Origin: Candidatus Binatia bacterium
Lineage (GTDB): Bacteria > Desulfobacterota > Binatia > UBA9968 > CAXXLF01
Assembly: GCA_963664015.2 (NCBI GenBank)
Contig: CAXXLF010000001.1
Span: 448,001 to 512,000 of the forward strand
Direction of reading: 5' to 3'
Length of the DNA: 64,000 nucleotides
The translations under genes were made by a program, and so were the position numbers. A model generated the notes under the pieces. The model was given only the letters and a program-made list of their open reading frames with translations. It made no database searches and was not told where the DNA came from. Positions 1 to 10,456 of this stretch are shown piece by piece (positions within the stretch are counted from its first letter, which is position 1; each line of letters begins with the position of its first letter).

Positions 1-139
1 GATAGCGCTGAAGGGAATCAAAAGGGACGAGGGCGTTGTTGGGCGAAGGTAGCTTTTGCTTCAGATCTGCATCGTCCAGAACTTCGACTTCCTTTTGAGA
101 GTCCTTATTTTTTGTGTTTTTATCTTTGCGGCGTGGCAT
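1..139 (-). CDS. N-terminus of a probable sigma-70 family (RpoH/sigma-32-like) factor, running off the window edge
   Basis: Manual translation MPRRKDKNTKNKDSQKEVEVLDDADLKQKLPSPNNALVPFDSLQRY; 'LVPFDSLQRY' resembles sigma region 1.2. Partial, not in the ORF track. Confidence 0.5.
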   Translation of the reverse strand, partial: MPRRKDKNTKNKDSQKEVEVLDDADLKQKLPSPNNALVPFDSLQRY

Positions 140-283
140 AACGTTGCTCGTAGCGTCAATATAGACCCAGTGTAGCCTCAAATTTAAAAAGTATAGTTTT
201 TTGACTGGTTTTTCAATGAGCTGCCCTACTTTACCTTGACAGAAGACCAGGCCGAATTTATCCTTACAATCGAGGAGTTACCC

Positions 284-775
284 ATGGGACTATTGAACCT
301 GTTAAAAACGCAGTGGAAAAGACCTTCAGGGAGGCACGGGCGTCATAAACGCCTCGACCTCGTTACGGCTCTCAAAGAGGACTATCGAGACCTACTACGG
401 TTAGCGCAACAGGTTAGGGTACACGCCGACATGGCCCCCTACCCGGCCGTAAGTGAACGCCTGAACCAGATAGCTGTAGAGAAAGAGGCGAGCGCTGGAA
501 GTCTCAGAGAAAAGATCTTTGGGTTTGGCGCTATAGTCGACGATGAAACTGGGTTGGACCTCTTCAAGGGCAAGAATCATTGGGATCGAATGGTGCGAGA
601 TCTCGAGGACCAGAGGAATCTAGAAGATCTTTTGAGGGACGATCTGATATTCCTGGATCAGGGATCAACCGAGGTCAACGAGCTGCTTGGTAAAATTGTG
701 GCAAGTGAAGCAACCCATCGTAATGCCTTTCAAGATTTACTTGCAAAGGCCGACCCTCAGGCCACTCAGAGTTGA
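284..775 (+). CDS. Ferritin-like four-helix domain protein
   Basis: GAGGAG RBS at 272-277 before ATG 284; helical protein with E-rich motifs and a C-terminal ExxH (EATH). Confidence 0.6.
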   Translation: MGLLNLLKTQWKRPSGRHGRHKRLDLVTALKEDYRDLLRLAQQVRVHADMAPYPAVSERLNQIAVEKEASAGSLREKIFGFGAIVDDETGLDLFKGKNHWDRMVRDLEDQRNLEDLLRDDLIFLDQGSTEVNELLGKIVASEATHRNAFQDLLAKADPQATQS

Positions 776-889
776 ATTAATACCATCCAATTGTAGTCTT
801 TTTGAGATTGGAAAAGGTCGCGGGAATCGTACTGAGCCTGGACATAATCGTTTCGACCTAAGCTCAGCCGAGCAGCGCGGGAACGATCC

Positions 890-970
890 GCGAGTGAAGG
901 CGTGCTTGAGCGGTACGCTAAAGGACCCAAACCATGCGCAACTCCCCAGTTGGGCGTTTTTTCAGCAGGC
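890..970. repeat. Intergenic palindromic REP/MITE-like element between convergent genes
   Basis: gcgtgcttgagcggtacgc hairpin followed by ...gggcgttttttcagcaggc; resembles a repeat type I recall from deltaproteobacterial/Nitrospira genomes. Single copy here. Confidence 0.4.
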
Positions 971-974
971 TATA

Positions 975-1178
975 CTAATGCTCGACGTGAGATAGCCCGC
1001 GAGTCCGCGCAAAAGCCATATCCAAAGCCATTCCGGTCATGATAGCGTGCCATGCCTCATCACCTGAGAGGCCGGCCATCTTAAAGGAACGCCAAAGCAG
1101 AATCATATCCTGCTCGGTCAACTCATCGAAGCTCTCTACCTGGGTATCTTCTAACATTTCCTGAACATCTTTCATCAT
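975..1178 (-). CDS. Small hypothetical protein
   Basis: ORF MMKDVQEMLEDTQVESFDELTEQDMILLW... with protein-like composition and a G-rich RBS. Confidence 0.5.
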   Translation of the reverse strand: MMKDVQEMLEDTQVESFDELTEQDMILLWRSFKMAGLSGDEAWHAIMTGMALDMAFARTRGLSHVEH

Positions 1179-1388
1179 TAGAGCCCCCATAGAGGATGGA
1201 TTTGGGGGTAGAGAAAGCAATCCCTATACCAGCACCTCAAGTAGGTAGACTTACAGGGAAACCAAAGACACAAAAAGGTAATTCTGTGCCCTTGGGTCAA
1301 CAGAAATACCAAATTATTGCCCTAATTGAACAAAATCGGCCTTCCTCTGGCTCAACCCAATACGGCCGATTACCCGGTAAAATCCCAA

Positions 1389-1790
1389 CTAGTCGATTAC
1401 AGCAAGGCCTGAAATTTCCACCATACAATCAGGATTATAAAGGCTTTTTACTTCCACCAGGGTAATAGCTGGGAAATGCTTGCCAAAAATGTCACGATAG
1501 GCCGTACCGATGGGTTTGGTGTTTTGCTTATAGGCCTTTAAATTCGTGACATAGATCGTCAGCGATGCAAACTGATCCGGACGTCCCCCCGCCGCCTCGA
1601 CAGCTGTCTTAAGATTGGCTATGACCTGACAGAACTGAGCAAGGAACTCACTCTTTCCCACTACGGCACCCGAGACATCAAAAGGCGCCTGCCCCGCGAC
1701 ATATACCATTTTCCCTGATGTGATCTTCGCCACATGGGCGTACCCCAAAGGCGGCTCCAAACCCTCCGGGTTCAATAACTCAAATGCCAT
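1389..1790 (-). CDS. RidA/YjgF/UK114 family protein
   Basis: GYAHV, VYVAGQ, FPAITLVEV...VEISG motifs; GAGG RBS before ATG 1790. Confidence 0.9.
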   Translation of the reverse strand: MAFELLNPEGLEPPLGYAHVAKITSGKMVYVAGQAPFDVSGAVVGKSEFLAQFCQVIANLKTAVEAAGGRPDQFASLTIYVTNLKAYKQNTKPIGTAYRDIFGKHFPAITLVEVKSLYNPDCMVEISGLAVID

Positions 1791-1829
1791 AACCTCATCC
1801 TTTCTCTTAAGTTTTTCACGCCAAGACTT

Positions 1830-2375
1830 TGTCGTGAGCTCCCTTCGGGTTTGAGCCTCATGGTTCGAGTACCTCACCATGACCCAGAGCAAAGTCGAAG
1901 GGTCAGGGTTGAAGACAGTCGAACGATGCCAAGCCCGAATAGAGTTTTTTACCGCAGATTAACGCAGATGAACATAGATAAAGATTTTTTTAGCATCTCA
2001 CCGCAGAGACTCCGCCAGAGGACAGATTAATTTTTGGCTGAGCTAAGCGGCCAAAGGAAATACCATCTTATTCTCTCTTAACTTCGCGCCCTTTGCGACT
2101 TTGCAGCTTGCCCCGTGGAATAGCGCTTCGGGAGAACAACGCAACCTCGGTCGAGTCTATATTTCACAGGGCGAGTTGTTCTTAATCCGGTCGCCGTCCG
2201 AGGATAAAATGTTTATCGCGCCAAGACCCCAAGCCTGCAAAGAGAAGAGTTTTCCTTTTCCGACCTTGGCGCCCTTTGTGGTTCGACTGGGCTCACCAAC
2301 ATGAGTCCATGGTTCGAGTTGCCTCACCACCCTGAGCCTGTCGATGGGTCGAAGGGCGGCTTTTACGCGAGAAAA
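1830..2375. repeat. Cluster of nested REP-like hairpin modules
   Basis: gtcgtgagctc...agtcgaacg, tggttcgag..cctcacca.accc.gagc...gtcgaaggg and cttcgcgccctttgcg modules that recur at 6000-6090, 14308-14337 and 60586-60797. Confidence 0.65.
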
Positions 2376-2484
2376 GGGAAAATTCAAATATATTTGTTTA
2401 TAAACTGCTAGCAACCCATTATTATGTCACGCAATCGCACCTTACGTTTCTGGCTCTCTACCCGTGATCATCAGTATCTATAAG

Positions 2485-3498
2485 TCACGATGCGTTTTTT
2501 GCAAATTTGCCCATGCTCAAGATAAACCGTTTGATCTCGCCAACCACATCATTCGAGGCGGGCAAATAGGGCAGGATGACCCGGGTGGCCCCCGCTTCGA
2601 TAAATGGTTGGGCCCGGGACCAGATTTCTTCCGCCGAAGTTGCAGGCACGAGGGGAAGGCCGTTAAAGAGCCGGTCGGTAATGGCCGCTCGCGCGGCTTG
2701 AAATCCAGATCTCTTCCAGGCCGTACGCATGCCTTCCACTTCAGCACCAAACCCCATACGGGTCAAAATGTCCCGGTAGTAATCTCCCAACGCATAGTAG
2801 GTGAGCACTTTGCCAAGCGCCTCTCGGGCCCCCTCGTAACTGTTTCCAATGCAGCAACGCACCTTGCAGATCACTTCGATCCGACTGGGATCCTTACCTG
2901 CCTCCTCCGCCACTAGTTGGACTTCCCATACGATCCGACGAATCTGTTCCGGATCGGCCATATTGATCAGGACTCCGTCGGTTAACCTTCCGGCCAGCCG
3001 GCTCATCTGGGGTCCAAACGCTGCAAGATAGATCGGGATGTGCCTGCCCGACGGTTTGAAGGCCCGCTTGAAACTCTCGGCACGAAAATACTTCCCGGTG
3101 AATCCCAACTTTTAACCCTCCATCGCACGTCGGACAATCTCCAGGTACTCCTTGATCCGGCCTATGGGTCGATCGAAAGGAACTCCATGCCAACGGGCAA
3201 TGGTCGGATTGGATACCCCTACACCTAAGAGGAACCTTCCCCGGGAAAGTTCCTCCAGACCCACCGACTGAAGCGCCAGTGTCGCCGGCGTTCTACCCAA
3301 CATGTGAAAGACCGCGGAACCGATCTCAATACGTTTGGTGACAGCAGCGATGGAAGCCAGCCTCACCGTCGGATCTTTGTTGTTTGCCTCACCGGACCAT
3401 ACGCAGCGAAACTCATTTTCCTCCACCAGACAGGCAAGCTCGGGAATGGCGTCCATCGGCAACTGGGCACCCGAGTTGAATTCGATGTCGAGCTGCAT
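2485..3498 (-). pseudogene. LLM-class flavin-dependent oxidoreductase interrupted by an in-frame TAA
   Basis: Two in-frame ORFs (GRFLLGVG; IPIYLAAFGPQMSRLAGRLTDG) joined across GAG GGT TAA AAG TTG at 3112-3114; real lesion or base-call error. Confidence 0.8.
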
Positions 3499-3544
3499 GT
3501 GGGGAACATTAGGCAGTGAATAGTCAAAGGTCAATAGCAAAGCC

Positions 3545-3890
3545 CAGGGATCAGAGGACAGAGGTCAGAAGCTGGCGAATGGCGAAAAGTCATTAGTAAA
3601 AAGTCAATGGTTATTGGTCAATGCTAAATCGGGAAGAAGCAAAGAACATAGCGCAAAAAGCAAAGCGGCCCGTAAAATACCTCTTCCGCAAGAGGTCAAA
3701 AAATCCTCCCACCGCAATTTGACAGGGCAGGCCAGGCAAATGAGAGAGGGAGTGCAACGAACTCGATAAACTCAACAAACTAAGGGGACCCGAGAGACTA
3801 AATAGACCGGACCAACGAGATAGACCAGATAGACCAAACGAACCCAATCAACTCAATAAACGCAAGCAACTCGACAAACTCAGTGAACTA
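3545..3890. repeat. Short tandem repeat arrays (7-mers, then 9-mer AACTC-type) downstream of pgpA
   Basis: agaggacagaggtcagaag; gtcattag/gtcaatg; aactcgata aactcaaca ... aactcaata aacgcaagc aactcgaca. Confidence 0.8.
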
Positions 3891-4352
3891 GACGAACGCG
3901 ATCAACCAAACGACGAGGTGCGCCCCCAGGTTAGCGTAGATGGCGGCCACCACGTCATCCATGAAAACGTTGACTGGCCCGCTTCTACGATCGAAGTAGG
4001 AAGCCGGAAAGGGTTTCACAACATCGAACAGTCTAAAAAATAAAAAGGCAATGAGGATAAAAATCCAGTTGCCTTGATAGAGCGGAGTTAAAAGGGCGAT
4101 CCACTGACCGGCGACTTCATCGTAAACCAGGAAGCTTGGATCCGATTCGGTGGAGGTCTTGCCGATCTCAACCGTTGCCCACCAGCCCAGGGCGAGCACG
4201 GCCAAGGAAGCTATGGCAAGGATGGCATTAGACTGCAGGGGGTGTACAAAATAATAGAAGAGCGCCGCAACGGCACTCGCGACTGTCCCCGAGCCTATTG
4301 GAGCAAATCCCACGTAGCAGAAGCTGCCAACGACGATCGCCCAGCGCGCCAT
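3888..4352 (-). CDS. pgpA: Phosphatidylglycerophosphatase A
   Basis: G.AP.GSGT, DPS..V.DEV.GQ, FR.FD..KP.P and DD..A motifs. Confidence 0.92.
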   Translation of the reverse strand: MARWAIVVGSFCYVGFAPIGSGTVASAVAALFYYFVHPLQSNAILAIASLAVLALGWWATVEIGKTSTESDPSFLVYDEVAGQWIALLTPLYQGNWIFILIAFLFFRLFDVVKPFPASYFDRRSGPVNVFMDDVVAAIYANLGAHLVVWLIAFV

Positions 4353-4437
4353 AGCCTAACGGAAACATCCTGAGATCAGCCTGCCCATGTGTTCCCTATT
4401 GGCCATTGGCACTATCCATAAAACGGTTTTAACACGA

Positions 4438-4618
4438 TTTAGTTCGTCGAGTTTATAGAGTTGATTGGGTTTACGGGGTTTATCGAGTTCATTGGGTTTA
4501 TTGCGTTTGTTGAGTTTATCGAGTTTTTTGAGTTTGTTTGGTTTGACGGGTTCATTGAGGCCGGTGGGCTAGGTAATTGACTAATGACCATTGGCTAGCC
4601 CCTATTGGCTATTCGCTG
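4438..4618. repeat. 9-mer (GAGTT-type) and 7-mer arrays upstream of pgpA, inverted relative to 3575-3890
   Basis: gtcgagttt atagagttg attgggttt ... atcgagttc attgggttt; ttgactaatgaccattggcta...ctattcgc. Confidence 0.8.
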
Positions 4619-4646
4619 CGTCCCGCGCTTTCACGTTCACGTGTGC

Positions 4647-5747
4647 CTACTCGATGCTTTGCAGTGTAACTTTAATCTGTTTTCGTTTCTTTTCGCGCAG
4701 CACGGTCACCGTCACGGTTTGCTCGACTCGATACTTTTCTAGGATGAGAAAAAGGTCTTTGACTGATTCGACGGGTTTGTCGTCGATGGCAACAATGACA
4801 TCACCAAGTTTTACCTGACCGGTGAAGTCACGGCTGGTTGGGCGCAACCCTGCCGAATCTCCCGCACCCCCTCGTTTGACATTCACGATCAAAACACCGG
4901 GTAGATTCAACTCCCGGGCCAACTGGTCTTCGGCCACCTGGATACCGAGGCCCGGCCGAATGACCTTGCCGTAACGAATCAACTGGGGAACAATGCGATT
5001 CACCGTATTGACCGGGATGGCAAAACCAATCCCTACGGAGGCCCCGGAAGGACTGAAGATAGCCGTGTTGACGCCAATCAATCGACCCGAGCTGTCCAGC
5101 AAGGGGCCGCCCGAATTGCCCGGATTGATAGCGGCGTCGGTCTGAATCACACCTCCAATGGGACGGCGAGTCACTGACTCGATTTCGCGCCCCAGTGCAC
5201 TGATAATCCCGGTGGTGAGGGTTTGATCCAACCCGAATGGATTGCCAATGGCAAAAACCTTCTGCCCCACCAAGAGGTCCTCGGAAGTCCCTATACGAGT
5301 GAGCCTTAACCGGTCCTTGGGTGCCTCGATACGGAGCACGGCCAGGTCCTGGTCCGGAGCCACACCGACCCGTCGTGCCTTCCATGTTGAATGATCGGCG
5401 AGCGTCACCTGAGCCGCATCGGCATTTTGAATCACATGGAAGTTGGTTACGATATGACCGTCACTGTCCCAAAGGAACCCTGAGCCACTACCCTCAGGGA
5501 TCTGCATCAAATTAAGCGTAAAGGCATCACGGCGAACCGCGAAAGGGGTGATGTTCACCACCGATGGAGAAACTTGGCGAAACAAGCGTATGGTGGCATT
5601 CTCGTCCTCGGAGAGATCCTGCCGCGGAGTGACGGAACGGGGTCGTGCATCGGGACCCTGCTGACTCGCGCCATTCGCCCAGAAGCGCCACATAAACAGG
5701 GCAATCAACACAACTAAGAAAACCAGTATTCGAATGGTGAGTTTCAT
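4647..5747 (-). CDS. HtrA/DegP-family serine protease (trypsin plus one PDZ domain)
   Basis: TNFHV, DLAVL, QTDAAINPGNSGGPL triad motifs; N-terminal membrane anchor; C-terminal PDZ. Confidence 0.95.
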   Translation of the reverse strand: MKLTIRILVFLVVLIALFMWRFWANGASQQGPDARPRSVTPRQDLSEDENATIRLFRQVSPSVVNITPFAVRRDAFTLNLMQIPEGSGSGFLWDSDGHIVTNFHVIQNADAAQVTLADHSTWKARRVGVAPDQDLAVLRIEAPKDRLRLTRIGTSEDLLVGQKVFAIGNPFGLDQTLTTGIISALGREIESVTRRPIGGVIQTDAAINPGNSGGPLLDSSGRLIGVNTAIFSPSGASVGIGFAIPVNTVNRIVPQLIRYGKVIRPGLGIQVAEDQLARELNLPGVLIVNVKRGGAGDSAGLRPTSRDFTGQVKLGDVIVAIDDKPVESVKDLFLILEKYRVEQTVTVTVLREKKRKQIKVTLQSIE

Positions 5748-5886
5748 TATCGGGAAGGTGAAGTTGTATCCTCAAGCGATAATCTCGAGGGTTGCTCGAG
5801 ACACCGAAGATGCAAAAGGAGCATAGGTGATCTTTCCCCTTATCAATAGATAGCGTTGGACCGATGATCTGTCAATAACTCCCTAT

Positions 5887-6290
5887 AGCCAGAGGTCAGA
5901 AGTCAGAGATCGGAGGTCGGAGATCAGACGACGGAAAGCCAGAAGTCGAAGGTCAGGGGTCAGTTGGGGAACAGACAACTCGCGTCCATCGAGAACCTCC
6001 CTTCGACGGGCTCAGGGTGGTGAGGGAACTCGAAACACAGGACCCCCGAGGGGAATCGAGGGGCAAAGGCGCAAAGGACGCCAAGTTCATCGGGTTACTT
6101 GAGTTCTTTGGGTTCTTTGAGTTAGTGTGGTCCGTATTCCAGTCGTTGCTCATCTGTCGGCGCTTTGCCCTCTGCGCTATGCTCTTTGCTTTGTGCTGTT
6201 GCCGATCTCTGATCTCCGTCCTCTGACCTCTAGGATGCGCTATTTGCCGATCTCCGACCTCTGTCTCTGCCTCTGTCCGACCTCTGGCCA
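5887..6290. repeat. Large imperfect palindrome of inverted heptamer arrays with internal REP modules
   Basis: Starts gccagaggtcagaagtcagagatcggaggtc, ends ctctgtccgacctctggcc. Confidence 0.8.
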
Positions 6291-6344
6291 TTTGCTATTT
6301 GCCCTCCACAATTTACAATTGACGTTCGGCCTTTAATTTAAAAG

Positions 6345-8777
6345 TTGCTCATACTCCTTATGGCATTTCTATCACCCTTGCTTCGTCCCCTCCTCTGGTA
6401 CTGGTCGCGCTGGGCGCGGCCCCAGATAGAAGGGAGCCTTCCCTTACCCGGCTTGACGGACAAGGTAACGGTACGTTGGGATCTCTATTCGGTACCTCAT
6501 ATTTTTGCCTCTAGCGAAGCCGACCCCTTTTTTCCCCAAGGTTATCTGTATGCTCAGGAGAGACTCTGGCAGATGGATTTCAACCGCCGTTTTCACTCGG
6601 GGAGACTGGCCGAGATCCTGGGAGAATGGACCGTCCCGTGGCAGGAGGTATCCATCCAATTCAAAAACAGGGCAACCGTCGACCTGGACTATTTTGTCCG
6701 TCTCATGGGTATACGCAGGGCGGTATGCTCCTCCCTCGATTCGATACCGAAGGAGTTCCTGAGGATCCTTGAGCCATACAGCAACGGGTTCAACCGCTAT
6801 ATCGAGACCCACCTCAGGACCTTGCCGGTTGAGTTCCGTCTCCTTCATTACCAACCGGACCCGTGGCAACCGGCGGACTGCCTCACCATCTGCAAGGGTT
6901 TCGCCCTCCTCCTATCGACAGCCCTGTTCACACGACTCACCATGGATACGCTCGCCCGGCAACTCAGAGACCAGAGGGACAAGTTCGAGACCCTCATGCC
7001 GTCGTACCCACAGTGGGGCGCGAGTGTTACTCGCTGGAACTCGGACCAGACCGCAGACCAGTCACGTGAGCTCCTGCGGTTTTTAAACGGAACTTTTTAC
7101 AACAGCCAATGGACCGCTTCGGGTCACGGCAGCAACAACTGGGCCCTTTCACCAGACCGCTCGATAGATGGGAAGCCCATTCTGTGCAATGAACCTCATC
7201 TGAGATTGACACTACCGTCGATCTGGTACCTCACCTGCATGCAGGCCCCCTCACGCACCCAAGCGGATGACGGATACGCCGTCTGGGGAGCCTCCATTCC
7301 GGGATCTCCCTGTATTCACGTGGGACATAACCGCCGTATCGCCTGGGGTGTAACGGCCGGCCTGTGCGACGATGTCGATCTTTATCGGGAGAGGATCCAC
7401 CCCCACGACCCCAACCGCTATCGTGTTGGCGATGGATGGGATCCGATGCAAACGATCGAAGAGAGGATTCGCGTTCGGGGTGGTAAAGAAATCAAAAAGA
7501 ACCTGCGCTTCACCCGTCACGGCCCCGTAATCTCCGACTTCATCGGACCCACCCTGACCGATAAAGTCCTTTCGCGACAATGGACCGCCCTGGACCGGAG
7601 CGAGGACTTCCGCGTCGTCTACGGAATAAACCGGGCCGGGAGCTGGAATGAATTTCTCCAGTGCCTGTCGTACCAGAGCGCGTCTACCCTAAACTATGTC
7701 TACGCAGACCGCGAGGGAAACATCGGCTACAGCCTAGCCGGCAGTATCCCCCGCAGGCGCCAGGCCCCTTCTCTGACTCCCCTTCCCGGGTGGAGCGGTG
7801 AGTTCGACTGGGACGGGTACGTTCCCTTCAGCGATCTTCCCCGGCTCTACAATCCACCAGAAGGCATCGTGGCTACGGCAAACAACAGCATTGCCGATCC
7901 CTCCTATCCCTATTACCTGTCAACCCTGTTCGATCCTCCCTACCGTATCGAGCGGATCAAGGAACTCCTTATGGCAAAAGAAAAGTATTTTCTCGACGAC
8001 ATGTCGAAAATGCAGGAGGACGTCGTCTCGTTACAGGCCAAGCGGCTGATTGAAGTCCAACACAACGACCTGGAAGCAATCGTCCACCGGACCCCTCACC
8101 TCAGCCCAATCGTAAGTAAACTGATGCACTGGGATGGCCATTGCGGCTCCAAAAGCTCAGAGGCAGCCCTTTATCATGTCTTTTACCAGCGCCTCATGGT
8201 CAATCTTCTTGGACCCGACCTCGGCGATGAGCTGTTGGTCGCCTAATTGGAACTCTTCAATCAGGCGATGGTACCGACGGACCAAATCTTTCGGGATTCC
8301 AGTTCACCATGGCTTCGATCCCGCTCGCGGCGGTCTCTCGTCGAACATAGCATTGAGGAGGCCTGGTCCGAGCTCAAATCTCGCCTGGGGGATCGTGAAG
8401 AGACGTGGGAATGGGGGAAGCTCCCCACGATGACGTTGGATCACCCCCTGGGCCGGATCGGCATCCTAGCCCCTTTCTTTTCCGTGGGCCCCTTCCCGGC
8501 ACCGGGGGACTCGACGACAGTGAACAGCGGGTTCTATAGCCACTCGTCCCCCTATCAACAAGTGGTGGGGACCTCCCTAAGGATGGTACTGAGCCCAGGG
8601 GATTGGGAACAGAGTCGGATAATCCTTCCATCGGGCCAGTCGGAAAATCCACTATCCGACCATTACCGCGACCAGTTCCCAAAGTGGTCCAACGGTGGCT
8701 CTATTCCATTGAATCCCCGTTCGGAACAGACGAAAGATTGCCCACTCCTAACCCTCATGCCAATCACACAAGGTTAA
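6345..8777 (+). pseudogene. Penicillin acylase / Ntn-hydrolase (peptidase S45) with an internal in-frame TAA
   Basis: VPHIFA, AQERLWQMD, GSNNW nucleophile, TRHGP, ATANN; GCC TAA TTG GAA at 8244-8246 continues in frame to the HYRDQ C-terminus. Confidence 0.85.
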
Positions 8778-8801
8778 TCCACCGGCAGGGATTCACCAAC
8801 T

Positions 8802-9668
8802 ATGCCAGCTGCACTTTTCGCTCTCATTACGGCTTTTTTTTTCGCTCTCCATAATGTGCTCATCAAGAAGGGCTTGAAGACGTCCAATCCGGCCACGGCA
8901 GTTTTTATAACCCTCGGCGTCAACATGATTTTACTCTGGGCCATGGGGGCGTTCCTTCATCCCCTCCACTCCTTGGCGACTCCTGGGACGCTTGTTTTCG
9001 TTGCCGTCGGCTTGTTTCAACCGGGGCTCACCCGTCTGTTGACTGCAAAGAGTATCGAAAAGGTGGGCGTAGCTATCACCGATCCCATTCGTGCAACCAC
9101 TCCCATGTTCAGCTCCCTGTTAGCAATCCTCTTCCTGGACGAGAACATGACGCTGGCGATCTTTGGGGGTACCCTTCTGATCATCCTCGGGATCGCGCTT
9201 CTGTCGTATCCAAAGGAGGGCACACGCCGAATAGAACTGCGCTACGTATTGTATCCGGTCTTTGCCTCTTTCCTCGTCGGACTCTCCCAAGTCGCCAGAA
9301 AGTTCGGCCTCGAATTTATTCCCCACCCATCGTTGGCCGCCGCCGTAACTGCAACTTCATCATTCACCGTGATCTCCATCTTGCTCTGGTTCGGCAAGAA
9401 AAAGGACTGGGGATTATCTCTGAATAAGGAGTCCTTGCGCTTTTACCTGGCGGCAGGAGTCGTGATCAGTCTGGGCATGGCGTCTCTCTACAACGCCCTT
9501 ACCCTCGGCGAGGTTGTCGTTGTCATCCCGATAACGAGCAGTGGGCCCCTATTCGCTTTGACCCTCAGCGCTCTGTTCCTCCGGGACACGGAAAAAGTCA
9601 CATTCAGGATCGCGATGGGCGCTTGTTTGATAGTTGGCGGGGTCTTCCTCGTCACCCTGTTGAAGTAA
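8802..9668 (+). CDS. DMT/EamA family transporter
   Basis: About 10 hydrophobic segments in two EamA repeats. Confidence 0.9.
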   Translation: MPAALFALITAFFFALHNVLIKKGLKTSNPATAVFITLGVNMILLWAMGAFLHPLHSLATPGTLVFVAVGLFQPGLTRLLTAKSIEKVGVAITDPIRATTPMFSSLLAILFLDENMTLAIFGGTLLIILGIALLSYPKEGTRRIELRYVLYPVFASFLVGLSQVARKFGLEFIPHPSLAAAVTATSSFTVISILLWFGKKKDWGLSLNKESLRFYLAAGVVISLGMASLYNALTLGEVVVVIPITSSGPLFALTLSALFLRDTEKVTFRIAMGACLIVGGVFLVTLLK

Positions 9669-9724
9669 GGAACGGCCCTTGAACTTGCCCTTCCTCCACG
9701 AGAGGTCTCCGTGGTATAATTTTT

Positions 9725-10331
9725 ATGCTCATGAGGAGCCATATCGCCCCACTGGCGGGGCTTTTTTTCTGCCTGCAGGCAGCCCCCCCGCCTTCCCGAC
9801 GGACCTCTACAAGTGGAAGGACAAGCGAGGGGTCATCCATTTCAGCGACAATCCTCATAACATCCCGGAAGGATTCAGAGAATACACCAGGAGAATCCGT
9901 TCCCTGGGCCCCTCCTCAAGCTCCAACAGACCTCCCGATTATGGGATACGAGCTACAATCCCGTTCAAAAAGAAGGGGATGACCGCTATCGTACCGGCCA
10001 CCATTAACGACGGGCCTGAGGGCGACTTCATACGCGATACAGGGGCGTCGTATACCGTTATCTCAACTAGCGTAGCCCAAAATGCCAATATCAACCTGGA
10101 TAAGCAATACCCCAAAGTTGGCCTACAGACAGCAAATGGGATCATTGACGCGCCACTGGTAAACTGGAATCGATTGAGAGCAGGGGCATGCGGGTAACCG
10201 ACCTTACCGTCGCAGTCCATGACTTCTCCGCGGACAATTCCATTGCCAGTCTGTTAGGGCTCAATTTCCTGAGCCATTTCCGTATGGAACTGGATGCCCA
10301 GAATGGTGTCCTGAACCTGGAAAAGAAATGA
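9725..10331 (+). pseudogene. DUF4124 plus retropepsin-like (clan AA) aspartyl protease, frameshifted twice
   Basis: YKWKDKRGVIHFSD, DTGAS, TANG; the C-terminal SLLGLNFLSHF...LEKK*(10329-10331) lies in another frame; the N-terminal shift falls near T7/C7 homopolymers. Confidence 0.75.
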
Positions 10332-10456
10332 AGCCTACAAGGGCTTATCCAGCCTTCGTAGCCCAAGCAACTACGGCGGAGTAGGCCGCCCGTGATATCC
10401 GCCCTTTCTTCGGCGGAATCCGCCGAAGCACCCGCTTCGTCTGCGAAGGCGGATAA
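10329..10456 (-). mobile_element. IS200/IS605-like non-autonomous palindromic element, copy A
   Basis: TGAAGCC...TTCGGCGGAATCCGCCGAAGCA...GCGAAGGCGGATAA, shared with five other copies. Confidence 0.7.

Noticed and set aside
134-148. Sigma-54 promoter-like TGGCATAACGTTGC
   Set aside because: The GG-GC spacing is 9 nt rather than the required 10.
3611-6336. Short ORFs over the repeat arrays (3611-3847, 5953-6291, 6017-6226, 6127-6336; likewise 14470-14715)
   Set aside because: Low-complexity translations of 7-mer/9-mer repeats with no RBS or domain signal.
3112-8246. TAA stop-codon reassignment (in-frame TAA in the LLM oxidoreductase and penicillin acylase)
   Set aside because: The two sites imply different residues (probably Glu and Tyr) and TAA terminates many intact genes; point mutation or error is simpler.
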